Shown in pieces: positions 54,001-63,971 of a DNA stretch of 64,000 bases. The position numbers were made by a program, and so were the translations under genes. The first letter of the stretch is position 1. Each line of letters starts with the position of its first letter. The stretch is from Ascidiella aspersa (Eukaryota), in assembly GCA_963924565.1 (NCBI GenBank), contig OZ004607.1, positions 4,712,001-4,776,000 of the forward strand, given 5' to 3'. The notes under the pieces were generated by a model. The model searched no databases and was not told where the DNA came from. It saw nothing but the letters and a program-made list of their open reading frames with translations.

Positions 54001-55064
54001 TTAACCCAAGTAGCAACACATACAATGAAACGTGAAAACGCGCGAAACGGTTTCAAATACTCGACGAACGTTGCCAGTATCCGTAGCGCACAACAAATCA
54101 GCAACGATGTCCATTCGGCTGTCCTGGCTTTTCTGCCCTTCAAACTGTTCACGAACGTATTCCGACGCTTCATTGTACTCGTCCTCTCCTTCGTACTCCG
54201 GGAAGCAGATCTTCAGCGGCGATTTGGTGATCTTCTTTCGGAAGATGTCCTTTTTGTTTAAGAAGAGGACAATCCGTGACGAGCGAAATTGAGGCTCGTT
54301 GCAGATCGTCTCAAAGAGCTTGAGGCTTTCTCGCATCTTGTTCGTCTCTTTGTCCTCGGCAATAAACTGATCATAGCTGGAAAGATCAACGAAAAAGAAT
54401 ATGACCGCTTCCTCAAAGTAATGAATCCACTTCCTTTTCTCGGTTCGCTGTTCTCCGACGTCGATCATTCGGACTTTAACTTGTTTGAAATTGAAGGCGG
54501 TCTCCATAATTCCTGTCGTCTTTACTCTTGTACGGAGCACATCCTGCTCTGTTGGGATGTACGTTGACTTGCACAACCTGTCAAGCTCATCCATGTAATA
54601 TGCGGCGGAGTCGTTAAGCTGATACTCCCGCGAGCGACTGTAGCATTCCTTTACACCTTCGTCAGCCCAAAGTAGCTTCAAAGACGCGCCAATGTCTGTT
54701 GTCAAGTCAATGTCCTCCATTTGCGATGCGGCGGCTATAATTTCCTTAGCGTCCTTTACGAGTGTGGCATCACTGAACGGAATCGAGAGCGATTCCATCG
54801 CTTTCAAGATGGCTACCATCGACTGAAGAGTATTAGAGAACACAACTTTTCTGTATGCCCACCAATCATACCCAGAGAAGCCGCCTTGATGCAGGATTTG
54901 CATCTGCTTGGCAAAAGTGCTCTTTCCCGACTCTTCAGCGCCAAGCAGGAGAAGCTGGACTTCTTGTCTTATTTCAATCTGACGTTCCTTCAGCTGCTGG
55001 TCGATGTTTCTTGACACCACCTTGGCTTTCCTTTTGATTCGAGCTTTTGAGCAAAACATCCCAT
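54001..55064 (-). CDS. Divergent intronless Galpha i/o-like copy 1 (5' frameshift: possible pseudogene or sequencing error)
   Basis: 352-aa ORF 54001..55059 with G1 GAEESGKST, G2 RVKTTG, G3 DVGEQ, G4 NKKD, G5 LCATDT and REYQLNDSA. An upstream ATG GGA TGT at 55064 is one nucleotide out of frame. Confidence 0.9.
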
Positions 55065-55515
55065 TTATGCCGTTTGTTGCTGTATAAATAACTATACAAA
55101 AACCCTTGAGGCCAATTCCTCGTTTAAAGGACTGCTTACTTTTTTAAGGAGCCCTTTCAAACCGAAAACATTACAACCAATTCAAACATATCTTAGAGAA
55201 TAAAGCACTATAAGAGCTCAACTTAACTGTCTTTAAGATAATGACTTCCGCCAAATTAAAATAGAACGAAATCGTGACAAAGGATGTAGAAGACGGAAAA
55301 AATGCGATGATCGTTTCTCGTTGACAAGAAATGCAAAATGGTTGTCACTTTATATCATTTTCGTTTTTAAGTAGTCATTCATTGCGACAGTGACGAGTTA
55401 GCTTCATGTACACTGATTAAATCAAACAAATTTTCTAAAGTTGGCCCCAAAAATCGAACGACGAACAGTGTGACGTCACAGGAGTTACTGTCGTGACGTT
55501 AGTGGGCATGTGTTT

Positions 55516-56652
55516 TTACACGAGTGGTGGCCGACACAGAAGACAGAAAATTAAGATTTCAAGATATCTCCAACTCCTATTTCCACAACAATTACATTTG
55601 AAAAATGTACCACTAATCCAATCATATACGTCTTGAGACGTGTAGCGCACGTTGGCGTCCGTCATGCACGTAAATAGAGATAGAGATAAGAAATCCTCTT
55701 CTTCTCCAGGTCTAAGTTGTTTTTCAAACTGCTCGCGAACGTACATGCGAGCCTGGCTGTACTCGTCCTCTCCTTCGTACTCCGGGAAGCAGTTCTTCAG
55801 CGGCGACTTGGTGATCTTCTCCTCGAAGAGGTCATTCTTGTTCAAGAAGAAGATCTTCAGAGTCTTGGAGAAGAATGGTTTGTTGCAGATCGACTCACAG
55901 AGCTTGAGGCTTTCTCGCATTGGATTTGTCTCTTCGTTATCGGCAAAGACGTGATCGTAAGCTGAAATATCCACAAAAAATATAATGGCAGCCACGTCCT
56001 GGAAATATTGAAGCCACTTCGTTTTATTGGATCGCTGATTTGCGACTTCAATTAGGGTAAATTCGAGGTTTTCGTATTCGAAGGTCGTTTTTATGAAGCC
56101 TGTCGTCTTAACTCTTGTATGTAAAACATCCTGCTCTGTTGGGATGTACGTTGATTCGCACAGCCTGTCAAGCTCGTCAAAGAAATAGGCGGCTGAGGCA
56201 TTTAGCTGGTACTCCCGCGAGCGACTGTAGCATTCTTTTACCCCCTTGTCAGCCCAAAGTAGCTTCAAAGAAGAACCAATGTCTGTTGTAAAGTCAATAT
56301 CGTCAATTCGGGAGGCGATGGCTTTGATTTTCTCGGCGTCATCGACTCGTTCCGCGTCACCGAAAGCGATCGAAAATGATTCCATCGCTATCAAGAGGGA
56401 AAACATAGATTGAACAGTGTTAGCGAACACAACTTGCTTGTAGTCCATTCGCTCTGATTCAGAGAAGCCGTCTTGATACAAAATCTTCATCTGTTTGGCA
56501 AAAGTGCTCTTTCCTGATCTTTCTGCGCCAAGCAGCAGAATCTTGCGTTTCTTTCCTGCCGCTATTTTGTCCAGTTTCAGCTGCTTGTCGATGAGTTTGG
56601 ATACCTTCTTGGCGTTTCTTGCCGCTCGCCATTTCGAGAAGCCACAACCCAT
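55516..56652 (-). CDS. Divergent intronless Galpha i/o-like copy 2
   Basis: 378 aa. MGCGFS N-terminus, G1 GAERSGKST, G2 RVKTTG, degenerate G3 EVANQ, G4 NKND, G5 TCMTDA, extended C-terminus. Confidence 0.93.
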   Translation of the reverse strand: MGCGFSKWRAARNAKKVSKLIDKQLKLDKIAAGKKRKILLLGAERSGKSTFAKQMKILYQDGFSESERMDYKQVVFANTVQSMFSLLIAMESFSIAFGDAERVDDAEKIKAIASRIDDIDFTTDIGSSLKLLWADKGVKECYSRSREYQLNASAAYFFDELDRLCESTYIPTEQDVLHTRVKTTGFIKTTFEYENLEFTLIEVANQRSNKTKWLQYFQDVAAIIFFVDISAYDHVFADNEETNPMRESLKLCESICNKPFFSKTLKIFFLNKNDLFEEKITKSPLKNCFPEYEGEDEYSQARMYVREQFEKQLRPGEEEDFLSLSLFTCMTDANVRYTSQDVYDWISGTFFKCNCCGNRSWRYLEILIFCLLCRPPLV

Positions 56653-57238
56653 GCTATTCGCGCAACAATAATTATTTATTGGTCAACCTGGCGATGTAAA
56701 TGAAGCGATCAAAATAAGCAACTAAAAAGGGAAATTTGAACACATCTGATTCATCTTATCTGCCTTTATTATAATCACTGGCTTCCGTTGCTGCAAAGCC
56801 GCCTCAAATCGTGACTGCGGATGCACCAGCTTTCTTTCATGATACCGTGAGCATGATTCACAACACTTACTAGCATGTAATGGAGCCACCAGTATGCAAT
56901 GCGAAAATTAAAGTTCATTGTTTGGCGACCGTACCAACAAGCATGATGAATTCACAACACTAACGCTCTACGAGTATGCATGACAGGCGTATATTGCACA
57001 CTTTGTACGAATATGTTGCCTTATTGGTAGGCGGAATTAAACCAATAAATAAGCGATTTGACCTCGTAGCAGTGGTGAAACTTTGGTCATTTTTTCGCTG
57101 TTTTTAAAAAAAGAGAAGTACAAGGCAGAAATGTGGGATGAGCGTTTCTCGTAGACCAGAATGCAAAATATCGTTTTCGTTTTTTAACAGACATTTATTG
57201 CGACAGTGTACGAGTTAACTGCATGTAAATATATAAGC

Positions 57239-57620
57239 CAGGCGTTTTTCAACTTTATTTATCGCGGATTCCTAAAGTGTTTTTTTTTTGCTTCGCGTGG
57301 AGTACGATAGTAAAGAAATTTTCAAAACTGACGTCACAAATTAACGTCACAATCAAATAGACTTCAGAAATAAGTATATTTTTTTCAATAAATTTACAAA
57401 ACAATAAAAATACACTTTCAGAAATATGCTAACAATGTAAGTAAAATGGTGTCTAAATACATTCAATGCTAAATCGTTTTATTTTTAATTTAAGACTTTT
57501 CTTTGAAAAATTGACAACTTCTTAAATATGTACTAATATTTCAATGTTACCTTAATGGGCCCCCTAAACTTACTTCGCGGACCCCAAAGGGGCCAATCGA
57601 CCCCAGTTTAAGAACCCCTG
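57239..57620. mobile_element. hAT-type MITE, TSD ATATAAGC
   Basis: Imperfect TIRs CAGGCGTTTTTCAAC...GTTTAAGAACCCCTG, with a perfect 8-bp TSD at 57231-57238 and 57621-57628. Confidence 0.9.
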
Positions 57621-57738
57621 ATATAAGCTGATAGAATTAAACAAATTTTCAAAAGTTGGTCGTAATAATCGTACGAAGAACACTGTGACGTCACAGAAGG
57701 TTTTTGTGGTGACGCTACAGTGGCGATATAATTGATAT

Positions 57739-58815
57739 TCAAGAAACCTCGATACAAACACATCTGGGAAAGTTACCACTAATCAAATCAGACACGATGT
57801 CGGATACGAAGCGCACGTTGCCGGTGTCCGTTGCGCAAGTGAAGTGAGTGTAGATCTCCTTCTGGTCGCCGTGCTTGTTCTGGTTTTCGAACTGCTCGCG
57901 AACGTAATCCGACGCCTGGTTGTACTCGTCATCTCCTTCGTACTCCGGAAAGCAGATCTTCAGCGGCGACTTGGTGATCTTCTCCTCGAAGAGGTCCTTC
58001 TTGTTCAAGAAGAGGATCATCGAGGTCTTGGAGAAGAAGGTATTGTTGCAGATCGACTCGAAGAGCTTGAGACTTTCCCGCATCCTGTTCGTCTCCTCGT
58101 CTTCAGCAAGAACCTGATCGTAAGCAGAAAGACCGACGCAGAATATGATGGCGGTCACATCCTGGAAGCAATGGATCCACTTCTTTTTCTCGGATCGCTG
58201 ACCACCGACGTCGATCAGAGTAAAGTTGTGGTTCTTGTAATCGAAGGTTGTCTCGACAATTCCTGTCGTCTTTACTCTTGTACGTAAAACATCCTGCTCT
58301 GTTGGGATGTACGTTGACTCGCACAGCCTGTCAAGCTCATCCATGTAATAGGCGGCGGAGTCGTTGAGCAGATACTCCCGCGAGCGACTGCAGCACTCTT
58401 TTACGCCTTCGTCAGCCCAGAGTAGCTTCAAAGACGCGCCAATGTCTCTTGTCAAGTCGATATCTTTGATTTGCGATGCGGCGGCTCTGATTTTCTTGCC
58501 ATCGTCAACACGATCCGGTTCACCGAACTGAATCGAGAGCGATTCCATCGCTTTCAAGATAGACAACATAGATTGAACAGTGTTAGCGAACACAACTTGC
58601 TTGTAGTCCATTCGCTCTGACTCTGTGAAGCCGCCTTGATACAAAATCTTCATCTGTTTGGCAAAAGTGCTCTTTCCCGATCCTTCTGAGCCAAGCACAA
58701 TAATCTTGAGTTTCTTTCTCGCCGCTATTTCATCAAGTTTCAGCTGCTTGTCGATAAGTTTGGATACCTTCTTGGCGTTTCTTGCCGCTCGCCGTTTCGA
58801 GAAGCCAGAACCCAT
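57739..58815 (-). CDS. Intronless Galpha i/o-like copy 3
   Basis: 358 aa. G1 GSEGSGKST, RTRVKTTGIVET, DVGGQRSEKKKWIHCF, NKKD, YTHFTCATDT: clear Gi/o-family signatures. Confidence 0.95.
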   Translation of the reverse strand: MGSGFSKRRAARNAKKVSKLIDKQLKLDEIAARKKLKIIVLGSEGSGKSTFAKQMKILYQGGFTESERMDYKQVVFANTVQSMLSILKAMESLSIQFGEPDRVDDGKKIRAAASQIKDIDLTRDIGASLKLLWADEGVKECCSRSREYLLNDSAAYYMDELDRLCESTYIPTEQDVLRTRVKTTGIVETTFDYKNHNFTLIDVGGQRSEKKKWIHCFQDVTAIIFCVGLSAYDQVLAEDEETNRMRESLKLFESICNNTFFSKTSMILFLNKKDLFEEKITKSPLKICFPEYEGDDEYNQASDYVREQFENQNKHGDQKEIYTHFTCATDTGNVRFVSDIVSDLISGNFPRCVCIEVS

Positions 58816-59414
58816 GCTATTCGCGCAACAATAGTTATTTATGGGTCAACTTGACGCTGTAAATGAAGCGATCAAAATGAGCAACTAAAAGGGAAAATTG
58901 CACACATCTGATACATTATCTGCCTTTATGATCACTGGCTTCCTTTGCTGCAAAGCCGCCTGAAATCGTGACTGCGGATGCACCAGCTTTCTTTCATGAC
59001 TCCGTGAGCATGATTTACAACACTTATTAGCAGGTAACGGAGCCACCAGTATGCAATGCGAAAATTAAAGTTCATTGTTTGGCGACCGTACCAACAAGCA
59101 TGATGAATTCACAACACTAACGCTCTACGAGTATGCATGACAGGCGTATATTGCACACTTTGTACGAACATGTTGCCTTATTGGTAGGCGGAATTAAACC
59201 AAGCCAATAAATAAGCGATTTGACCTGGTAGCAGTGGTGAAACTTTGGTCATTTTTTCGCTGTTTTTAAAACAAGAGAGGTACAAGGCAGAAATGTGCGA
59301 TGAGCGTTTCTGTTGACCAGAAATGCAAAATGGTTTACAGTTCATATCGTTTTCGTTTTTTAACAGACATTTATTGCGACAGTGTACGAGTTAACTGCAT
59401 GTAAATATATAAGC

Positions 59415-59794
59415 CAGGCGTTTTTCAACTTTTTTTATCGCGGATTCCTAAAGTGTTTTTTTTGCTTCGCGTGGAGTACGATAGTAAATAAATTTTCAAA
59501 ACTGACGTCATAAATTAACGTCACAATCAAATAGACTTCAGAAATAGATAGATTGTTTTCCATAAATTTACATAACAATACAAATAGACTTTCAGAAATA
59601 TGCTAATAATTTAAGTAAAATGGTGTCTAAATACATTCAATGCTAAACCGTTTTATTTTTAATTTAAGACTTTTCTTTGAAAAATGGACAACTTCTTAAA
59701 TATGTACTAATATTTCAATGTTGCCTTAATGGGCCCCCTAAACTTACTTCGCGGACCCAAAAGGGGCCAATCGACCCCAGTTTAAGAATCCCTG
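59415..59794. mobile_element. Duplicated copy of the same hAT-type MITE insertion
   Basis: Same TIRs and the same TSD ATATAAGC (59407-59414 and 59795-59802). Confidence 0.9.
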
Positions 59795-59940
59795 ATATAA
59801 GCTGATAGAATTAAACAAATTTTCAAAAGTTGGCCGTAACAATCGAACGAAGAACACTGTGACGTCACAAAAGGTTTTTGTGGTGACGCCATAGTGGCGA
59901 TATTATTGATATTCAAGAAACCTAAATCGTTTTTATAAAA

Positions 59941-61014
59941 TCAGAATAAACAACATCCATATCCGCGAAAATTACCAACAATCAAATCAGACACGGCGTC
60001 GAATACGAAGCACACGTTGCCGGTGTCCGTTGCGCAAGTGAAGTGAGTGTAGATCCCCTTCTGGTTGCCGTGCTTGTTCTGGTCCTCGAACTGCTCGCGA
60101 ACGTAAGCCGACGCCTGGTTGTACTCGTCATCTCCTTCGTACTCCGGAAAGCAGATCTTCAGCGGCGACTTTGTGATCTTCTCCTCGAAGAGGTCATTCT
60201 TGTTCAAGAAGAGGATCATCGAGGTCTTGGAGAAGAAGGGATTGTTGCAGATCGACTCGAAGAGCTTGAGACTTTCCCGCATCCTGTTCATCTCCTCGTC
60301 TTCAGCAAGAACCTGATCGTAAGCGGAGAGGCCGACGCAGAATATAATGGCGGTCACATCCTCGAAGCAATGGATCCACTTATTTTGCTCGGATCGCTGA
60401 CCTCCGACGTCAATCAACGTAAAATTGAGGTTCTTGTAATCGAAGGTTGTCTCGATAATTCCTGTCGTCATTACTCTTGCACGTAAAACATCCTGCTCTG
60501 TTGGGATGTACGTTGACTCGCACAACCTGTCAAGCTCATCCATGTAATAGGCGGCGGAGTCGTTGAGCTGATACTCCCGCGAGCGACTGTAGCATTCTTT
60601 TACGCCTTCGTCAGCCCAGAGTAGCTTCAAAGACGCGCCAATGTCTGTTGTCAAGTCGATATCTTTGATTTGCGATGCGGCAGCTCTAATTTTCTTGCCA
60701 TCGTCAACACGATCCGGTTCACCGAACTGAATCGAGAGCGATTCCATCGCTTTCAAGATGGAAAACATAGATTGAATAATGTTAGCGAACACAACTTGCC
60801 TGAAGTCCATTCGCTCTGACTCTGTGAAGCCGCCTTGATACAAAATCTTCATCTGTTTGACAAAAGTGCTCTTTCCTGATCTTTCAGAGCCAAGCAGCAG
60901 AATCTTGCGTTTCTTTCTCTCCGCTATTTCATCCATTTGCAGCTGCTTGTCGATGAGTTTGGATAATATCTTGGCGTTTCTTGCCGCTCGCCGTTTCGAG
61001 AGGGCAGAACCCAT
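59941..61014 (-). CDS. Intronless Galpha i/o-like copy 4
   Basis: 357 aa. G1 GSERSGKST, RARVMTTG, DVGGQRSEQNKWIHCFEDVTAIIFCV, NKND, TCATDT. C-terminus NFRGYGCCLF (compare Galphao NLRGCGLY and Galphai NLKDCGLF). Confidence 0.95.
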   Translation of the reverse strand: MGSALSKRRAARNAKILSKLIDKQLQMDEIAERKKRKILLLGSERSGKSTFVKQMKILYQGGFTESERMDFRQVVFANIIQSMFSILKAMESLSIQFGEPDRVDDGKKIRAAASQIKDIDLTTDIGASLKLLWADEGVKECYSRSREYQLNDSAAYYMDELDRLCESTYIPTEQDVLRARVMTTGIIETTFDYKNLNFTLIDVGGQRSEQNKWIHCFEDVTAIIFCVGLSAYDQVLAEDEEMNRMRESLKLFESICNNPFFSKTSMILFLNKNDLFEEKITKSPLKICFPEYEGDDEYNQASAYVREQFEDQNKHGNQKGIYTHFTCATDTGNVCFVFDAVSDLIVGNFRGYGCCLF

Positions 61015-62855
61015 GCTATTGGCGCAACAATAGTTATTTATGGGTCAACTTGACGCTGTAAACAAAGCAATCAAAATGAGCAACTAAATGGGAAAATTGC
61101 ACACATCTGATACATTATCTGCCTTTATGATCACTGGCTTCTTTTGCTGCGAAACCGCCTGAAATCGTGAGTGCGGATGCACCAGCTTTCTTTTATGATT
61201 CCGTGCGCATGATTTACAACACTTACTAGCATGTAACGGAGCCACCAGTATGCAATGCGAAAATTAAAGTTCATTGTTTGGCGACCGTACCAACAAGTAT
61301 CATGAATTCACAACACTAACGCTCTACGAGTATGCATGACAGGCGTATATTGCACACTTTGTACGAACATGTTGCCTTATTGGTAGGCGGAATTAAACCA
61401 ATAAATAAGCGATTTGACCTGGTAGCAGTGGTGAAACTTTGGCTATTTTTCTGTTTAAAAAAACTAACACGGCGCATTGTTACGGTGACAATGTCCTTAT
61501 TATCATAGTGTGATAAATACCGAATAAAACTCGAAGAACCTCAAGTTTACATGACAGCGTCGAACAGTTTGTAGGATTGGTATATAGTTGGCATACAAAT
61601 TTATGTATAACTTCTATTTGGGAGTTAGGTTAGGTGGAAAACGCCGAAGATATTACTGCAGTGGTAAATTACAGGTGGCTAAGTCTGATGAAACATTGGT
61701 GGGCGCTTAGAAACACAAAACCAAGCTATAAGGCGCTTGAGGTTACGCAACAACGCCCAACAAGGCTTCAAATAGGTAACGGCGTCGTCTATTTCCGATG
61801 GCATGTGGATTAAGTGTAGAGCTTCTTTTGCTCTTTATTTGCATTCTCGAATCGGTTCTAGATGTTGGCCGACGCCTCTTTGACCGTGATTTCGCCCTGG
61901 TATAGCGAAAAGTAGGCCCTTGGTGGCGACTTGGTGCTATTGTCATCAAGACAATTCTCTTGTACGGCAAGAGATGTGGTAAGAACCTGTCCTACTTAAA
62001 AAGACAAGCGCAGAAGAAAATTGCAATATGAAATTCACATTCTGGAAGCAAAGCACCCCCCTATTTTTTACGATCTCGCACCTCGAAACTTGATCAACGC
62101 AAAGTTGAGGTTTTTGTCATCATAAATGCCATCCATAATTGATGTGGTATATTACATTCTTGCACGAAGGGCCTCCCGATCGGTTGGCATCCAGCTCGTC
62201 AAAAAAAAGCAAACGGTGACTAGCTGTATGTCCTGGTATATTTCGTGTATTGATGTACATTTACTCCAAATCGAGCTGACATTAATGCAATCATCAAACA
62301 CTCATACTAACGCGAGTTATACTAAGGCTTTTTCTTTTATAGCGCCACAATAGCTGACTGTAAATAGACAAGTTGATGTTGTCAAGAAAAACTAGAATGT
62401 CGAACAGTTATACAAGGAAATTGTTGTGTAGCGGCCGGACGCGATTTTCACGTGGGCGATGACCACGCTTACACAGTAGCCAGAATGATTGATGTTCAAA
62501 AAATATAGATTCTTTGTAAGGAACGTTAATTAATTCACTGCGTCGATGGGACACACACAATAGGGCCGTCAGTACAGCAATGTACCATGGCTCCATTGTA
62601 TAATCATACAGTAAACAATAAAACTCCAGGCTTAAAAAACAGAGTTAAATCAGGATCAGACATTTTTTTAAAAGGAATGTATATTTCGCCCATACTTGAA
62701 TCGTCAATTTCTTGATTCTAATGAATCCCCATACAACAAAGAGCAACAGATGAACCTCAAAAACGACAATTACAAAAACAAAAAAAGAAGAAAAGTTTTT
62801 TTTCGCGTATGTTATTTAGGAACAAACCTGGTTTTACCAAAGCTACCACTTAAAC

Positions 62856-63971
62856 CAGGGTTACCATCTGCTCAGACCAAAAAATAAGCACGCTACTAAA
62901 GACCAGGGGCAGATCCAGGATTCCGGGGGTGACATCCAAGCTTTCAAGGAATAACGTTATGAAATAAAATAAAAACTTGAAAAACAGCTATTTAGGAATG
63001 CGCAAAACGTGGCTTAATCGCGCGAAGCGCGAAAAAAAGCGTTTATTTGATTGAAATTGGCAAGTTAATCATTCTTATTTAATGCAACCTTTGTCAACTT
63101 TTTTGCGTCGGAGCACACCTGTACAGCGCGCGTACAAGTTTTTAAAACAGGGATCGGCAACCTTTTTCTAGTCGCGGGCCAAACCAAACTCAGTAAGTTC
63201 TCCACTGTCCAGCTTGTAAAACAGGCCGCGGGCCGGATGACTTTCTCTGGCGGACCGGGTCCGGGCTGCCGTAGGTTGCCGAGCCCTGTTTTAAACCGTG
63301 GTGCATGGCAGTAAGAAACGCCTGGAGCTGACCCTGTATGGTAGTTAAGTTTAGTTCACTTGGCGGAGTTTGGCTTGTAATAAAATTGTTTATAGAATAA
63401 TTTACTGTAATGCTTCAAGCAATTTTTTTGTAGTAACATTGTTTTTTCCATAGACACTGGGCTGATTTCACAATCACAATAACAGCAATGATCGTAGCTC
63501 TTTTGCTTTCGCCTTTGTTTGACATTAGCATTGGAAAATGCATTTTCACGTTTATCACAAAAACGTGCTTTATGCAGACTCATTCTCTCAAAAACATTTT
63601 GTCTGTACTGACACAAATGACTGCCGACAGTTTACTTGATTGCTAAAGCAAGCTATCCCACTTATATAGGCTACAATTTACTTTTTAGATTTAGAATAAA
63701 CAATCACAATCCATTGCTATTATGCAAATTAATGCATTGTTGTTATAATCTGAGTTAAAGAACTAGGTAAATATAAATAAATGAAGTCTCTCACTCTGAC
63801 GTCGATGATAAAAGAATTGATAAAGAACGCTTTTAAAAACTAAAATAAGACAAACTAAGCACACAACTCTCAAATAAGCACGTTTCTTAGAAATAAGCAC
63901 ATTTGTGTTATCTAAGACTGAACCCAAAAATAAGCACAAATCTTAAAAATAAGCACGGTATGGTAACCCTA
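62856..63971. mobile_element. Non-autonomous hAT-like element, TSD ACTTAAAC, with a nested MITE
   Basis: TIRs CAGGGTTACCAT...ATGGTAACCCTA, perfect 8-bp TSD at 62848-62855 and 63972-63979, subterminal AATAAGCAC repeats at both ends. Confidence 0.88.
63148..63288. mobile_element. Small hAT-type MITE nested in the 62856-63971 element
   Basis: TIRs CAGGGATCGGCAACCT...AGGTTGCCGAGCCCTG, TSD TTTTAAAA/TTTTAAAC. Confidence 0.85.

Larger units (their letters stand above)
56653..61455. repeat. Tandem segmental duplication, period about 2.2 kb, carrying the Galpha genes
   Basis: 56653-57738 is near-identical to 58816-59940. 61015-61455 repeats the first ~440 nt of both (for example gcaatgcgaaaattaaagttcattgtttggcgaccgtaccaacaag occurs three times). 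Confidence 0.95.

Noticed and set aside
53956-60486. Plus-strand ORFs overlapping the Galpha genes (for example 57844..58287 and 60043..60486)
   Set aside because: Antisense shadows of codon-biased coding sequence, repeated only because the genes are duplicated.
61858-61986. Possible minus-strand terminal exon (VLTTSLAVQENCLDD...EASANI*)
   Set aside because: Weak acceptor, no homology and no partner exons identified.
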